From positions 1 through 50,305 of the IMG/VR virus record IMGVR_UViG_3300033388_003879: a stretch of 50,305 bases of DNA, one strand, 5' to 3'. The notes under the pieces are model-generated. The model was not told the DNA's origin, did not search any database, and worked only from the letters and a program-made list of their open reading frames with translations. Shown one piece after another: positions 1-9,051 of this stretch; position 1 is the stretch's first letter; each line of letters opens with the position of its first letter. The position numbers were made by a program, and so were the translations under genes. Source of the DNA: a virus (taxonomy: Duplodnaviria > Caudoviricetes).

Positions 1-425
1 TGAATACGTCTGTATATTTTATTTTTTATATCCCGCATAGGAGTTGACTCACCATCTTTTACCTTAGATGGTATTATAAATCCAGTTTCAGGAAATTCTC
101 CCTGAAGAGTATATTCCGTATCAGTCCTATCGTGATGATCTCCTTTCAATACATCTTTAAAAAACTCTTCAATTTCAGAATAATACTCTTTAGGTATTCT
201 ATAAAAACATTGATTCTCATGTGGCCTTAATGTACAATCAGATTGCCTGACAAGAACACAATCACTACCAAAATCACCAGCCTCTAATCTTATTTGAACA
301 AGTTTTCCAAGCCTTGTTAGTGGGGTATTTTCCCCTGCAACAAGTCCGGTAATTATATATTCACCAAAATCTGAATCTTTCCATTCATTAATCATTTCAC
401 CCATATATTCGTTTTTAAGTTCCAT
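1..425 (-). CDS. hypothetical phage protein, 3' end outside window
   Basis: Manual translation MELKNEYMGEMINEWKDS..., open to base 1; GAGGG RBS upstream. Confidence 0.7.
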   Translation of the reverse strand, partial: MELKNEYMGEMINEWKDSDFGEYIITGLVAGENTPLTRLGKLVQIRLEAGDFGSDCVLVRQSDCTLRPHENQCFYRIPKEYYSEIEEFFKDVLKGDHHDRTDTEYTLQGEFPETGFIIPSKVKDGESTPMRDIKNKIYRRI

Positions 426-428
426 TAT

Positions 429-680
429 TTATCCCTCTTGATTTCTAGGAACCCATAAATGGAAACTACCACCACATGAATATTTTCCGCAATTCCCGTC
501 AATTAAATTCCCGCAATTACTACAAGATTTTGATCCTTTAAATTCATCCATATTCATTTTATTTTGAATAGCAATAAATCCATAGTTAGAAACAGATCTA
601 TGATCTTTTTTTGCAGCCTCTTCAACTTTATTTTTAAACTCTTTACTACATTTTATCTGTATTGTTTTATCTTCTGGCAT
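429..680 (-). CDS. ribbon-helix-helix (Arc/CopG-like) DNA-binding protein with C-terminal Cys cluster
   Basis: KTIQIKCSKEFKNKVEEAAKKDHRSVSNY fits RHH pattern; AGGAG RBS. Confidence 0.7.
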   Translation of the reverse strand: MPEDKTIQIKCSKEFKNKVEEAAKKDHRSVSNYGFIAIQNKMNMDEFKGSKSCSNCGNLIDGNCGKYSCGGSFHLWVPRNQEG

Positions 681-701
681 GATTTCTCCTAATATTATTT
701 A

Positions 702-769
702 ATAATATAACTTATATTATTAAATATCAATAGTAATATCTTGTATTATTATATTTTCACATATATAAT
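702..769. promoter_or_regulatory. divergent sigma70-like promoters
   Basis: Minus: TTGATA(730-725)-17-TATTAT(707-702). Plus: TTGTAT(741)-17-TATAAT(764). Confidence 0.6.
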
Positions 770-789
770 AAATTAAAGAGAGGTATTAA

Positions 790-1086
790 ATGAAACTGAA
801 TGAAAAGTATTCAATAGAAAAAGAAGCCAATGGATTTTCTTTAATAGAGAAAACATCTGTTGAAGTTACAAAAGACGGTAGGAAAACCGGAGAACTTAAA
901 GACGGTCAGGATAAGCGATCGTACGGGACTGTTTATCAGGCTCTGAAAGGATTCCTGAAGCTGTCAGTAGATGAAGCAGAAGAGGTCGATGAAATTACAA
1001 TTAAAGTAAAAAAGGCTGTTACAGAGATCGAAGAGGCTGCAGTTGAAATAGAAAAACGTTTTAGAATTGAAGTTTTGAGGTGTTAA
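790..1086 (+). CDS. hypothetical protein
   Basis: ORF with AAGAGAGG RBS. Confidence 0.75.
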   Translation: MKLNEKYSIEKEANGFSLIEKTSVEVTKDGRKTGELKDGQDKRSYGTVYQALKGFLKLSVDEAEEVDEITIKVKKAVTEIEEAAVEIEKRFRIEVLRC

Positions 1087-1437
1087 ATGAACAATATAGA
1101 ATTAGTTAAAAGAGCTGTTGAAGATTCAGAAAGATTTGAATTATGTGATTGCGGAAGATCTATAAAAAGTGTTCATAATAATATGGAATATCCGATCAGT
1201 GCATTTATTCTAAACAGAATTTTATATCCTGATTTTTTGCAATCAGCTATTGAGGGCATTAATAAAAAACACCTTAATGATAATAAATATCCTGTTACAA
1301 TAATTGATGCATGGGACATTGAAATAAGATTCTATTCTTCTGGATATAAAGATTTTGTGAAAGGGTTGGATAATTGGGATTCAATCGAAGAAGCCAAAGA
1401 AGAAGCTTTAAAACATATTTACGAGGTTATTTCATGA
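1087..1437 (+). CDS. hypothetical protein
   Basis: ORF abutting previous gene; GAGGTG RBS. Confidence 0.7.
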   Translation: MNNIELVKRAVEDSERFELCDCGRSIKSVHNNMEYPISAFILNRILYPDFLQSAIEGINKKHLNDNKYPVTIIDAWDIEIRFYSSGYKDFVKGLDNWDSIEEAKEEALKHIYEVIS

Positions 1438-1934
1438 AATACAAATTAACATCAAAAACAGGTCAATGCGGATATGAAGAATATGACAGAGAATATTTCG
1501 AGAAAACCAGTGAAATGAAAGCATGCGGGTGTGAAACGTCTATAAAAGCTGGTAATAAATTTGTCTGTATAAATCATCTACCGGCTGTTCTACTCGGAGA
1601 CAGTAAACCGGAAATGGAAGATCATAGACCGATTAAGAAAATCGTAAGCGGGACTATTTCCGGTATGAAATCAAATGAGAAAGATATCAAAAAAGGATTT
1701 AAAATTATTCCATTCAGAGAAGATTTTATTAAAATCGCGAAAGGTGAAAAAGTTAATATCCGGCAAATGAGCATGTTTGATAGTAAAGAAAATAGGCCGG
1801 ATAAAAAGGAAATGACTGAAGAGGAAAAGAAAATACGGCACTGTGATGGATGTACGGAAATAAATCCAACTGAAACACGGTGTAAGATCTGTAAAGGAGC
1901 TGATAATCAGCCAGTAACGATCAATGTCTTTTAA
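1434..1934 (+). CDS. hypothetical Cys-rich protein
   Basis: ATGA overlap at 1434 with GAGG RBS; C-terminal CxxC...CxxC. Confidence 0.7.
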   Translation: MKYKLTSKTGQCGYEEYDREYFEKTSEMKACGCETSIKAGNKFVCINHLPAVLLGDSKPEMEDHRPIKKIVSGTISGMKSNEKDIKKGFKIIPFREDFIKIAKGEKVNIRQMSMFDSKENRPDKKEMTEEEKKIRHCDGCTEINPTETRCKICKGADNQPVTINVF

Positions 1935-1937
1935 ATT

Positions 1938-1968
1938 AAAAATCCCTGCATTAAACAGGGATTTTTTT
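1938..1968. terminator. bidirectional intrinsic terminator
   Basis: AAAAATCCCTG/CAGGGATTTTT between convergent genes. Confidence 0.85.
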
Positions 1969-2086
1969 ATTTATACGATTTCTTTGCAATGCCTAAATGT
2001 ATTAGATTCTTAGCCATAAATACGGAAAGATTACGGATCTGACCTTTTATATGTTTACCATGGCTTTTTAGTATTTCGATTCTCAT
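1967..2086 (-). CDS. 39-aa protein resembling ribosomal L9 N-terminal fold
   Basis: MRIEILKSHGKHIKGQIRNLSVFMAKNLIHLGIAKKSYK; ATGA overlap with upstream gene. Confidence 0.5.
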   Translation of the reverse strand: MRIEILKSHGKHIKGQIRNLSVFMAKNLIHLGIAKKSYK

Positions 2087-2469
2087 GATGGTTCCGGTGG
2101 TTTTGATAATGGCTTCCAGTGAGTTGGTTGATTAGCTTTCTGGAAATATCCACTGTTACCAATACTTGTTACGAAATAAGCTATATCTTCCATTTTCCCA
2201 TCATTTGTACAATTCCCATAGACTGAGTATCTTCCCATATCTTCAGGCAGTTTGTCTTTTACGTTTATCCATTGTTTTACTGTTTCGTATTCGCATCGTG
2301 TATTCCATGTCTTGATAAGTTTTTCTTTATCCCATTCAATCATCAATAACCCACAGTTAGAACATGTATACGAATATTTTACACTTGATCCTGTTTTCCC
2401 ATAAATATTCATCATATTTAATTCTGGTAATTCTCCACAAAACGGGCACGGTTTCAATTTCTCACTCAT
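2083..2469 (-). CDS. Lar-family restriction alleviation domain fused to DUF551-like domain
   Basis: LKPCPFCG...CxxC...WNTR, then WINVKDKLPE...PTHWKPL. Confidence 0.75.
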   Translation of the reverse strand: MSEKLKPCPFCGELPELNMMNIYGKTGSSVKYSYTCSNCGLLMIEWDKEKLIKTWNTRCEYETVKQWINVKDKLPEDMGRYSVYGNCTNDGKMEDIAYFVTSIGNSGYFQKANQPTHWKPLSKPPEPS

Positions 2470-3083
2470 AATAACCAATCCTCCTTAATCCTTCCATTTC
2501 TCAAATCATCTTCATAGTTCTCATCATGCTTTTCACGAGCAGATAATACACAGCACTTACGGCATACACAGTCCTTACACATATTATCAACAGTCTTTAA
2601 ATAATATTTTCCATAGTCTCCGCACGATGGACCATATACACGAACTCCGTCACCTCTTTTATCCGGTTTATATAAACTGCATTCAAAACAATGTTCCTGA
2701 ACCATTTTTATATCAGACGGGAAACTATCGGGAGAATCCCAATTTATGACAGTTCCTGAAGTTGATCCACAAGCCGGACAAGCTTTAGAACAGAATGAAT
2801 ATTTTGTATTACAGTCCCTGCATTCCCACCAACCGCGAAATTTTTCATGATGAGTTCTGATTAAACCGGATTTTTCCGCACCTTCCCAGAATAGATTCAT
2901 CATAGGTGGTTTATCCCATGATTTATGAGTCTTTTTTATATGGTCATAGATTCCCTGGCAATCGGCATTATATTTTAATTTATCACAGAATGAATTTACA
3001 TCGTCTCGGAAAACATCGTTTGCAGCAAGATTATTTTGTTTATAGCTGACTGTTATTTTTTCTTGAAATTGGTCTATTGTCAT
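2466..3083 (-). CDS. Cys-rich zinc-finger protein
   Basis: Multiple CxxC pairs; ATGA overlap. Confidence 0.65.
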   Translation of the reverse strand: MTIDQFQEKITVSYKQNNLAANDVFRDDVNSFCDKLKYNADCQGIYDHIKKTHKSWDKPPMMNLFWEGAEKSGLIRTHHEKFRGWWECRDCNTKYSFCSKACPACGSTSGTVINWDSPDSFPSDIKMVQEHCFECSLYKPDKRGDGVRVYGPSCGDYGKYYLKTVDNMCKDCVCRKCCVLSAREKHDENYEDDLRNGRIKEDWLL

Positions 3084-3370
3084 GGTTGCTCCGACTCGAT
3101 AATACGATTCGCTTCTTCGTATTCCTTTAACCATCTCTCGTGAGAAGAATGGACGTTAACAGAATGTTGATAATCATCTTCATCATATCCATGACATCTA
3201 CGTCCATCTGAAGCAACATAAAATGCGGTGATTGATTTAAATTGTGCAGGCGTTGGGGTTTTTGATTTTAGAGCTAAATTATAGGCTTTTTCTAGATTAC
3301 ATGATTTTACTATTCCAGTTCTAAAATCATGACCTCTTCCTGTTTTAACATAAATATAATAATCTTTCAC
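3080..3370 (-). CDS. hypothetical protein
   Basis: GTGA overlap, GGGG RBS. Confidence 0.65.
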   Translation of the reverse strand: MKDYYIYVKTGRGHDFRTGIVKSCNLEKAYNLALKSKTPTPAQFKSITAFYVASDGRRCHGYDEDDYQHSVNVHSSHERWLKEYEEANRIIESEQP

Positions 3371-4191
3371 TTTAATTCCCCTTCTTTAATCCTATCAAAA
3401 AAATTCGTTTCCGTAGTCCCTTTTTTCTCTGTTCCCATATCTTTTTTATCAATCAATACAAATGTTTTAGCCTTAGCAAACGATCTATTCAAAATAATAT
3501 TTTTAATCTGCAACTTTATATAATCAGTTCCTAAATTACCGTTAAAATCTGTAATAATTAACAATTCCCTGGATTTATAGAAATCAATTATACCGTCAAT
3601 ATCTTTTTCAGCTGATCTTATTTTATTCATTAAATCAACGTGAGATATCAATTCAATTTTATCCATACCGGACATGAAAAATGAAAGTAAAATGCTATAA
3701 CCTATCCGGTCGATATCTTTTAAAGATAATTTCGCCCAGTATCCGTAACCGCCATAATCACTGATATCTATAGGTTTAATTTCAGATATTATACTTTTCG
3801 GTAATGTCTGGAAAAATAATCGTTCTCTATCAGATGCTTCTACCTGTATTTTCATTTCTTCAGTTTTTTTATGTTCTATGATGCGTTTTTCTGATTCTGA
3901 GGTGTCAAATATTTCTTGACAATCTGAGCACCGGATTATTACGGGATTTTTTTCAGGTGATATCAACTGATCTGGAAAAGATTTCTGTTTATCGCAATCA
4001 GGACATTTTTTAATCATAGGTTGTAATTCGGAAGATGAGTTTTTAATGTAATCATTTTTTAGTTTTAACCGCCTGAAAACTTCCTTAAGCCATAACGGGG
4101 TTTTATCTACGTCATCCTCAGAGCGTAGAGATAGACAGGAGGCGCGAGAATCGATTATGTCAGTGGCGGTCATGAATTGTGATGTTTTCAT
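3367..4191 (-). CDS. degenerate DnaC/IstB-like protein with N-terminal Zn finger
   Basis: CPDC..CSDC; Walker-B-like LLIITD and IILNR motif, but no GxxxxGKT. Confidence 0.5.
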   Translation of the reverse strand: MKTSQFMTATDIIDSRASCLSLRSEDDVDKTPLWLKEVFRRLKLKNDYIKNSSSELQPMIKKCPDCDKQKSFPDQLISPEKNPVIIRCSDCQEIFDTSESEKRIIEHKKTEEMKIQVEASDRERLFFQTLPKSIISEIKPIDISDYGGYGYWAKLSLKDIDRIGYSILLSFFMSGMDKIELISHVDLMNKIRSAEKDIDGIIDFYKSRELLIITDFNGNLGTDYIKLQIKNIILNRSFAKAKTFVLIDKKDMGTEKKGTTETNFFDRIKEGELK

Positions 4192-4892
4192 TTATTCTTC
4201 CACTCTTCATATATTTCTGATACACCGAGAGCGTATTCATCCTCACAGTATTTTACAAAGATTTCTATCTGTTTTTCTAGTTCTTCGATGCGGGATAGTT
4301 GATCATGGTTTATGTTGTATTGATCTTTAAATCCTTCAAGTTGGTATTTAAATACTGAAATCTCTGATTGTGCTTTTTGGGTGGCTGATTTATAACCTGA
4401 AAAATACCCTTCTCTATAGCTTGGATGATTTTTCGAGTGGTCAATAGTCGTGAAGGTTACCTTTTCCTTTTCAAAAGCCTCTCTTATCTCATCCTTTTTC
4501 TCTTCTGGCTCCATAATCAAGCTTGTTATTTCATCTTGCGATAGCTCCACCCCATCATCACCATAATTAACTCTATCATGAATTATCTCATCACTGGTAG
4601 ACTGCTGTACATCAAGTCTTTTCTGTACTGATTTTGATATTATTTCTGGCTCTTTGCCTGCTTCGAATCCATGGATATAAGCACCCACTACTTTGTTGGT
4701 TTTTGAAATAACTTCTTTACGTTTCTTTGGCTCTTTGCCTGTTCCGTTGCATTTAGGGCAAACTGATCTGACTACACAAAGGTTATGCTCCGATCCTTCA
4801 CAATCACCATCTATGAAGACGGGACAATTCCTGCAATCTGGATCTTTCTGAAAATAATCTTCTCCATAACACATTTTACACTTTTCACCCAT
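4188..4892 (-). CDS. hypothetical protein with DnaJ-like Zn motifs and coiled coil
   Basis: CKMCYG...CPKCNGTG. Confidence 0.65.
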   Translation of the reverse strand: MGEKCKMCYGEDYFQKDPDCRNCPVFIDGDCEGSEHNLCVVRSVCPKCNGTGKEPKKRKEVISKTNKVVGAYIHGFEAGKEPEIISKSVQKRLDVQQSTSDEIIHDRVNYGDDGVELSQDEITSLIMEPEEKKDEIREAFEKEKVTFTTIDHSKNHPSYREGYFSGYKSATQKAQSEISVFKYQLEGFKDQYNINHDQLSRIEELEKQIEIFVKYCEDEYALGVSEIYEEWKNK

Positions 4893-5019
4893 ATCATCCC
4901 ACCCACTTCGGAACAAAATCACAATTTATTCGAGTCGGAATTCCTAACATATAGTTATCTATGCGCTTTTTAGGTTTCGGCTGATTTTTCTTTATTTTTA
5001 TTATTGCTGGGTTTTTCAT

Positions 5020-5499
5020 TTAATCCTCCAAGTCGGATATTGTGGCGAGACGAATAGATTTCACATAAATATCAGATGACTCACCTTGAAAAACGGCAGT
5101 ATTGCTATCTACCCCGTATAATTTCCACTTATAGTTATTGTAGACTATAACCATTGGCCTTAATTTAGCAATCTCATCAGTTATTTCGATTTCGGATATT
5201 TCACGCCAAACACCTCTATTGTAGGTTAATTCTCCATCTACACTACTAATCTGTTTTTCTGGATCTTTGCTATTTGGGTCTATACAAAACAAATCTGTAT
5301 TAAATGATCTAGCTACCCAAGTATCACCACTCTTTTTAATAATCGGCTGTTCTGGTTCTGGTTTTCGAATATCAGCTTTGCAATAAAGACAATAATTAGG
5401 ATTGTCTTTATTGTCAGGAAGATCTCTTTCCAAAAATCTGCCATCAAACTTTTTACACGGGTCAAACTTTCCATCTTTCCATTCACATTTTTTACTCAT
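5020..5499 (-). CDS. hypothetical protein
   Basis: AAGAGAGG RBS. Confidence 0.75.
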   Translation of the reverse strand: MSKKCEWKDGKFDPCKKFDGRFLERDLPDNKDNPNYCLYCKADIRKPEPEQPIIKKSGDTWVARSFNTDLFCIDPNSKDPEKQISSVDGELTYNRGVWREISEIEITDEIAKLRPMVIVYNNYKWKLYGVDSNTAVFQGESSDIYVKSIRLATISDLED

Positions 5500-5751
5500 T
5501 TAATCCTCTCTTTTATATCTCATAATCTTAAATAATATCGGTGAAATTATTTTCCACAGTTTAAATATGCAATAAATAATTAAAAATATAGGGGCAACCA
5601 TAGGCCAAAATATTACCATTGGTACAAATGCCGCTTCTGGCATTCTATTTTCTTCCCTTCTAGTCGAATTGAATTTTAACAAGCATACATAAAAAATCAT
5701 TCCAATAATAATGTATGCAAAACAGTAAACTAAAATTATTAATCCTCTCAT
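5500..5751 (-). CDS. small membrane protein (2 TM)
   Basis: Two hydrophobic stretches, FWP motif; AAGAGAGG RBS. Confidence 0.7.
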   Translation of the reverse strand: MRGLIILVYCFAYIIIGMIFYVCLLKFNSTRREENRMPEAAFVPMVIFWPMVAPIFLIIYCIFKLWKIISPILFKIMRYKRED

Positions 5752-5764
5752 TTAATCCTCTCTT

Positions 5765-5974
5765 TTATTTGCTTAATACAATATCTTTAATAATTTTTCC
5801 ATTTTTAGTTATAGCCAGAGTGTGACCTTTATCTGATTCCTTCATTGCATAAACATAAAGCGCTAAAGCATTTCTGATAATTCCAACTTTAGTGCTACAT
5901 TCACCTGAAGATATAATATTATCCATGTGTTGATTCATTTTTTTAGATATTTCAATAGTCATGCGTTTTTTCAT
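5765..5974 (-). CDS. ribbon-helix-helix (CopG-like) regulator
   Basis: KRMTIEISKKMNQHMDNI...TKVGIIRNAL. Confidence 0.7.
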   Translation of the reverse strand: MKKRMTIEISKKMNQHMDNIISSGECSTKVGIIRNALALYVYAMKESDKGHTLAITKNGKIIKDIVLSK

Positions 5975-5997
5975 TTAATCCTCTCTTTTATTTGTAC

Positions 5998-6034
5998 TTG
6001 ACTAAATATTATATTGATATTAAGATAAAGTCAA
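5998..6034. promoter_or_regulatory. overlapping divergent promoters (switch region)
   Basis: Plus: TTGACT(5998)-17-TAAGAT(6021). Minus: TTGACT(6034)-17-TAATAT(6011-6006). Confidence 0.8.
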
Positions 6035-6057
6035 CACTTTAATAAAGGAGTTTTACG

Positions 6058-6234
6058 GTGGTCATAACAAAAGAAGAATTAGAAAAAATCTACAAAGAAA
6101 ATAGTAATGATGAAGCATCTAAGATTTTAGGTATCTCAATTCCTACTATGCTTAAATATCTTGAAAATAATGGTATTCCGTTAAAAGGTGCCGGAGCGCA
6201 TAACAATACTAAGAAAATTCAGGTGGTAGATTAA
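6058..6234 (+). CDS. small HTH (Cro/Fis-like) protein
   Basis: Not in ORF track; AAGGAG RBS, GTG start, SNDEASKILGISIPTMLKYLENNGI. Confidence 0.75.
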   Translation: MVITKEELEKIYKENSNDEASKILGISIPTMLKYLENNGIPLKGAGAHNNTKKIQVVD

Positions 6235-6731
6235 TGGACTACAAAGAACAATACCTTCATCCTAAATGGCAGAAAAAGCGACTTGAAATAATGAAGAGAG
6301 ACGGGTTTAAGTGTGTTAGTTGCGGTGATGGTGAATCGAAATTAAATGTACATCATAATTATTACATAAACAGTAAAGATGTTTGGGATTATCCACAAAC
6401 TGCCCTAATAACAGTTTGTGACATATGCCATAAAAATATTCACAAATCCATGGAAGACGAAGAACTAAACAAAAATATACCAATCTCAAGAATAGCTTTT
6501 TTAACTAGAACTACGATGGAAAAGTGTTTTTTCGACTACCAATTTTACATGGGTTTCATTTGTTCTGATTTAATAAACAGAAGTACAAGTAATGGCATTG
6601 TGTGCAACTTAGATGTTATAGACATTATAGAAAACGCAATACTAAACGGATTGAATGGAGATCAGTTTAGTACCTACTGGAACGCCTGTGAAGATGCAGG
6701 ATCAATCTTAAATATAAATACAGAGGTATAG
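6234..6731 (+). CDS. HNH endonuclease
   Basis: WQKKRLEIMKRDGFKCVSCG...LNVHH...LITVCDICH. Confidence 0.85.
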   Translation: MDYKEQYLHPKWQKKRLEIMKRDGFKCVSCGDGESKLNVHHNYYINSKDVWDYPQTALITVCDICHKNIHKSMEDEELNKNIPISRIAFLTRTTMEKCFFDYQFYMGFICSDLINRSTSNGIVCNLDVIDIIENAILNGLNGDQFSTYWNACEDAGSILNINTEV

Positions 6732-6737
6732 ATTAAT

Positions 6738-7772
6738 ATGGCTTATACAACATTCCAGAAAGAATTTTGGTCAGATGATTATGTTCTAGAACTCACACCG
6801 ATTCAAAAACTCATTTATGCATATATAATTACAAATGAAAAAACAACCCAATGCGGGATATATGAACTTCCTCTAAAAAAGGCTACTACTGAATTATCAA
6901 TAAGTGCTGAAGAGTTTTTAATCCATCTTAAAAAATTTAACGATGATAAAAAGATATCATACAGCTTAGAGACTCAAGAAATATGTGTAATCAACTGGCT
7001 GAAACACAATGAAAATAGTTCATGGAAAACTATGGAGCGAGTAAAGAAAGAATTAACTAAAATAAAGAACCCTAATCTTGTTGTTCTTTTATATGATCCA
7101 AGAAAACCACTATTTGACGGCACAAGAAAAAAAAGGCAAGGCAAGGATTATATAGAAGAGCAATATATAATAAATAATCCATGGAATGAGTTATTTCAGG
7201 GATTATCAGATGAAATATTGATGGAAATAAGAAAACCTTTCCTAAAGTATGCCCCATTGATGCCCCTTCTATGCCCCATTGATGCCCCTTCTAAGGGCTA
7301 TTTACCATATACAAATACATTACATAACATAACAAATTCAGAATCATATACAAATACAAAAGCAGAAACAGATACAGTGGAACAAAGCCCCACCGAGAAA
7401 GAATTTTCTCCTCCCCCTCCGTACATCCAAGATCCTAAAGAAAAGTTTAAAAGTTTTCTAAACTTCTGGAATGAAACTATTCCTCAAGAAGCGATACCGA
7501 TAGATTTGAACATCAGCTTAGAGACAGCGCAATTGAACTTTATATCTACTACAGATTTTGAGCACTACAAAAAATGTGTAACACACTACAGCAAAGCATA
7601 TGATTTTAACACCACAAGGATCGGAGGATTTAAAAGTTCTCTTACTCCTAATTTTATTATGAACTGGTATAGTGAATCAGCTATAGAAAATTGTAGGCAG
7701 AGATCCGAAATAGGGAAATCTAAAAAAACGAATACTGCAGTAACATTCGAAAACGACGATAGAACATTTTAA
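6738..7772 (+). CDS. phage replication initiator (replisome organiser-type N-terminus)
   Basis: FWSDDYVLELTPIQKLIYAYIITNEKTTQCGIYEL; internal iterons. Confidence 0.75.
   Translation: MAYTTFQKEFWSDDYVLELTPIQKLIYAYIITNEKTTQCGIYELPLKKATTELSISAEEFLIHLKKFNDDKKISYSLETQEICVINWLKHNENSSWKTMERVKKELTKIKNPNLVVLLYDPRKPLFDGTRKKRQGKDYIEEQYIINNPWNELFQGLSDEILMEIRKPFLKYAPLMPLLCPIDAPSKGYLPYTNTLHNITNSESYTNTKAETDTVEQSPTEKEFSPPPPYIQDPKEKFKSFLNFWNETIPQEAIPIDLNISLETAQLNFISTTDFEHYKKCVTHYSKAYDFNTTRIGGFKSSLTPNFIMNWYSESAIENCRQRSEIGKSKKTNTAVTFENDDRTF
7249..7292 (+). repeat. iteron array, probable replication origin
   Basis: 2 x ATGCCCCATTGATGCCCCTTCT, i.e. 4 x ATGCCCCWT at 11-bp period, followed by an A/C-rich tract. 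Confidence 0.75.
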
Positions 7773-7784
7773 GAGAGGTGAAAG

Positions 7785-8321
7785 ATGAGAGAGAAGATAG
7801 AAGCGTGTTTGATTGATACTGATTACCCGATGTGTATTGAATCAGAAGTCAGAAAACTAGAATCAGATTATAAAGAGCTCCAAAACAAATACAGAAAAGA
7901 TATTTTGAATAACGATATAATCCATAGGTCTGACATAGCAGAACTTGAAAACAAAATAGACGACGTGATACTACAAGAAAATCAATCCCTTAAAGAACAA
8001 ATAAAAATATTAGCTCATATCACATACACATACAATCCAGATGTAGATATAAGTAAATATCTGCATAATCTATCAACAGAAGATTACCAGTTGTTTCTTG
8101 AAAATAATAAAACAGAAGATTATGAAAAACTTGAAAACAAACTAAAGATTGCTGTTGAGGCTTTGGGAAACGTAAAGGAATCGTGGGAATATCTGAAAGG
8201 TGGTAGGAGCTATTCATCTACAGAAATAGATAATTGGTTGTCTTATCCAATGAAACAATCAATCGATAAAGCTCGTGAAGCTATCTTGCTAATCTCCAAC
8301 ATACCGGAGGAATCAACATGA
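7785..8321 (+). CDS. coiled-coil hypothetical protein
   Basis: AAGAGAGGTG RBS. Confidence 0.7.
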   Translation: MREKIEACLIDTDYPMCIESEVRKLESDYKELQNKYRKDILNNDIIHRSDIAELENKIDDVILQENQSLKEQIKILAHITYTYNPDVDISKYLHNLSTEDYQLFLENNKTEDYEKLENKLKIAVEALGNVKESWEYLKGGRSYSSTEIDNWLSYPMKQSIDKAREAILLISNIPEEST

Positions 8322-8475
8322 AATCAAAATGGCAGAAAAAACAGATACATAACTGGAAGCATCATAAACCAATGACTAAAAAAGAAGCTACTCAGATCCA
8401 GACAATGATCTGTATGATTTTATTCGTAGTGATAATAGTAGGGCTTATCGTTAAAGAAATTATTGTTAAGGAGGT

Positions 8476-8697
8476 TTGGTTTTGAGTGTGGCAATGATAA
8501 TTTTCCTCGTATTACTCGGGATTATTTTGCTTTCTTGTTTAATTACTTATTACATTGATTTCGACGTAAAAGAAAGACAAGCTGATGCAGAAACTAAAAA
8601 AGAGTTTTTGCTAGGCATGATCCCTTTTTATTGGTGGTATGTAGATCTATTGGAATGGATTGAAAGCTTAAAAGAAAGATGGAGAAAGTTAAAATGA
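8476..8697 (+). CDS. small membrane protein
   Basis: Hydrophobic N-terminus; AGGAGG RBS; exact start uncertain. Confidence 0.6.
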   Translation: MVLSVAMIIFLVLLGIILLSCLITYYIDFDVKERQADAETKKEFLLGMIPFYWWYVDLLEWIESLKERWRKLK

Positions 8698-8866
8698 GCC
8701 AGCGCCGGTCATCCAAGAAGGTAAAAGCCATAGATAAGTTTATCATGGAAAATTACCCGATACATGGAGCTAAATTATACTCTCAGAGCTTCACATTGCT
8801 TCTCTAGCGTATTTTATACTAAAAGATGTCAATTATATGGTTGATGATAGTACAGGCCGATTATGA
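8694..8866 (+). pseudogene. probably frameshifted or internally deleted small gene
   Basis: Frame 0 reads MSQRR...YPIHGAK; -1 frame opens right after TAA at 8771 and ends at TGA 8866. Confidence 0.35.
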
Positions 8867-8871
8867 GGCTA

Positions 8872-9039
8872 TTGCTATTATCTGGAATATCTGTTATTAT
8901 GTTGTTATCAGTTGGTACCTGATAACAACCAGATATAATCCAATATAGATTATGAAGCCTGTTAAGGCATTGAGAGAATATTTAGTTTTATCTGGGACTA
9001 TTTTATTCGTACCAACTCGATGTTTTAACAGGCTTTTTT
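8872..9039 (+). ncRNA. a/b antisense-attenuator RNA element 1 with its promoter
   Basis: TTGCTA-17-TATTAT; loop TTGGTAC complements GTACCAA; CCAGATA complements TATCTGG; 20-bp terminator stem plus U-tract. Confidence 0.7.
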
Positions 9040-9051
9040 ATTGGAGTTTTT

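Noticed and set aside
8826-8947. Hydrophobic 40-codon ORF MSIIWLMIV...
   Set aside because: No RBS; it overlaps the promoter and 5' hairpin of RNA element 1
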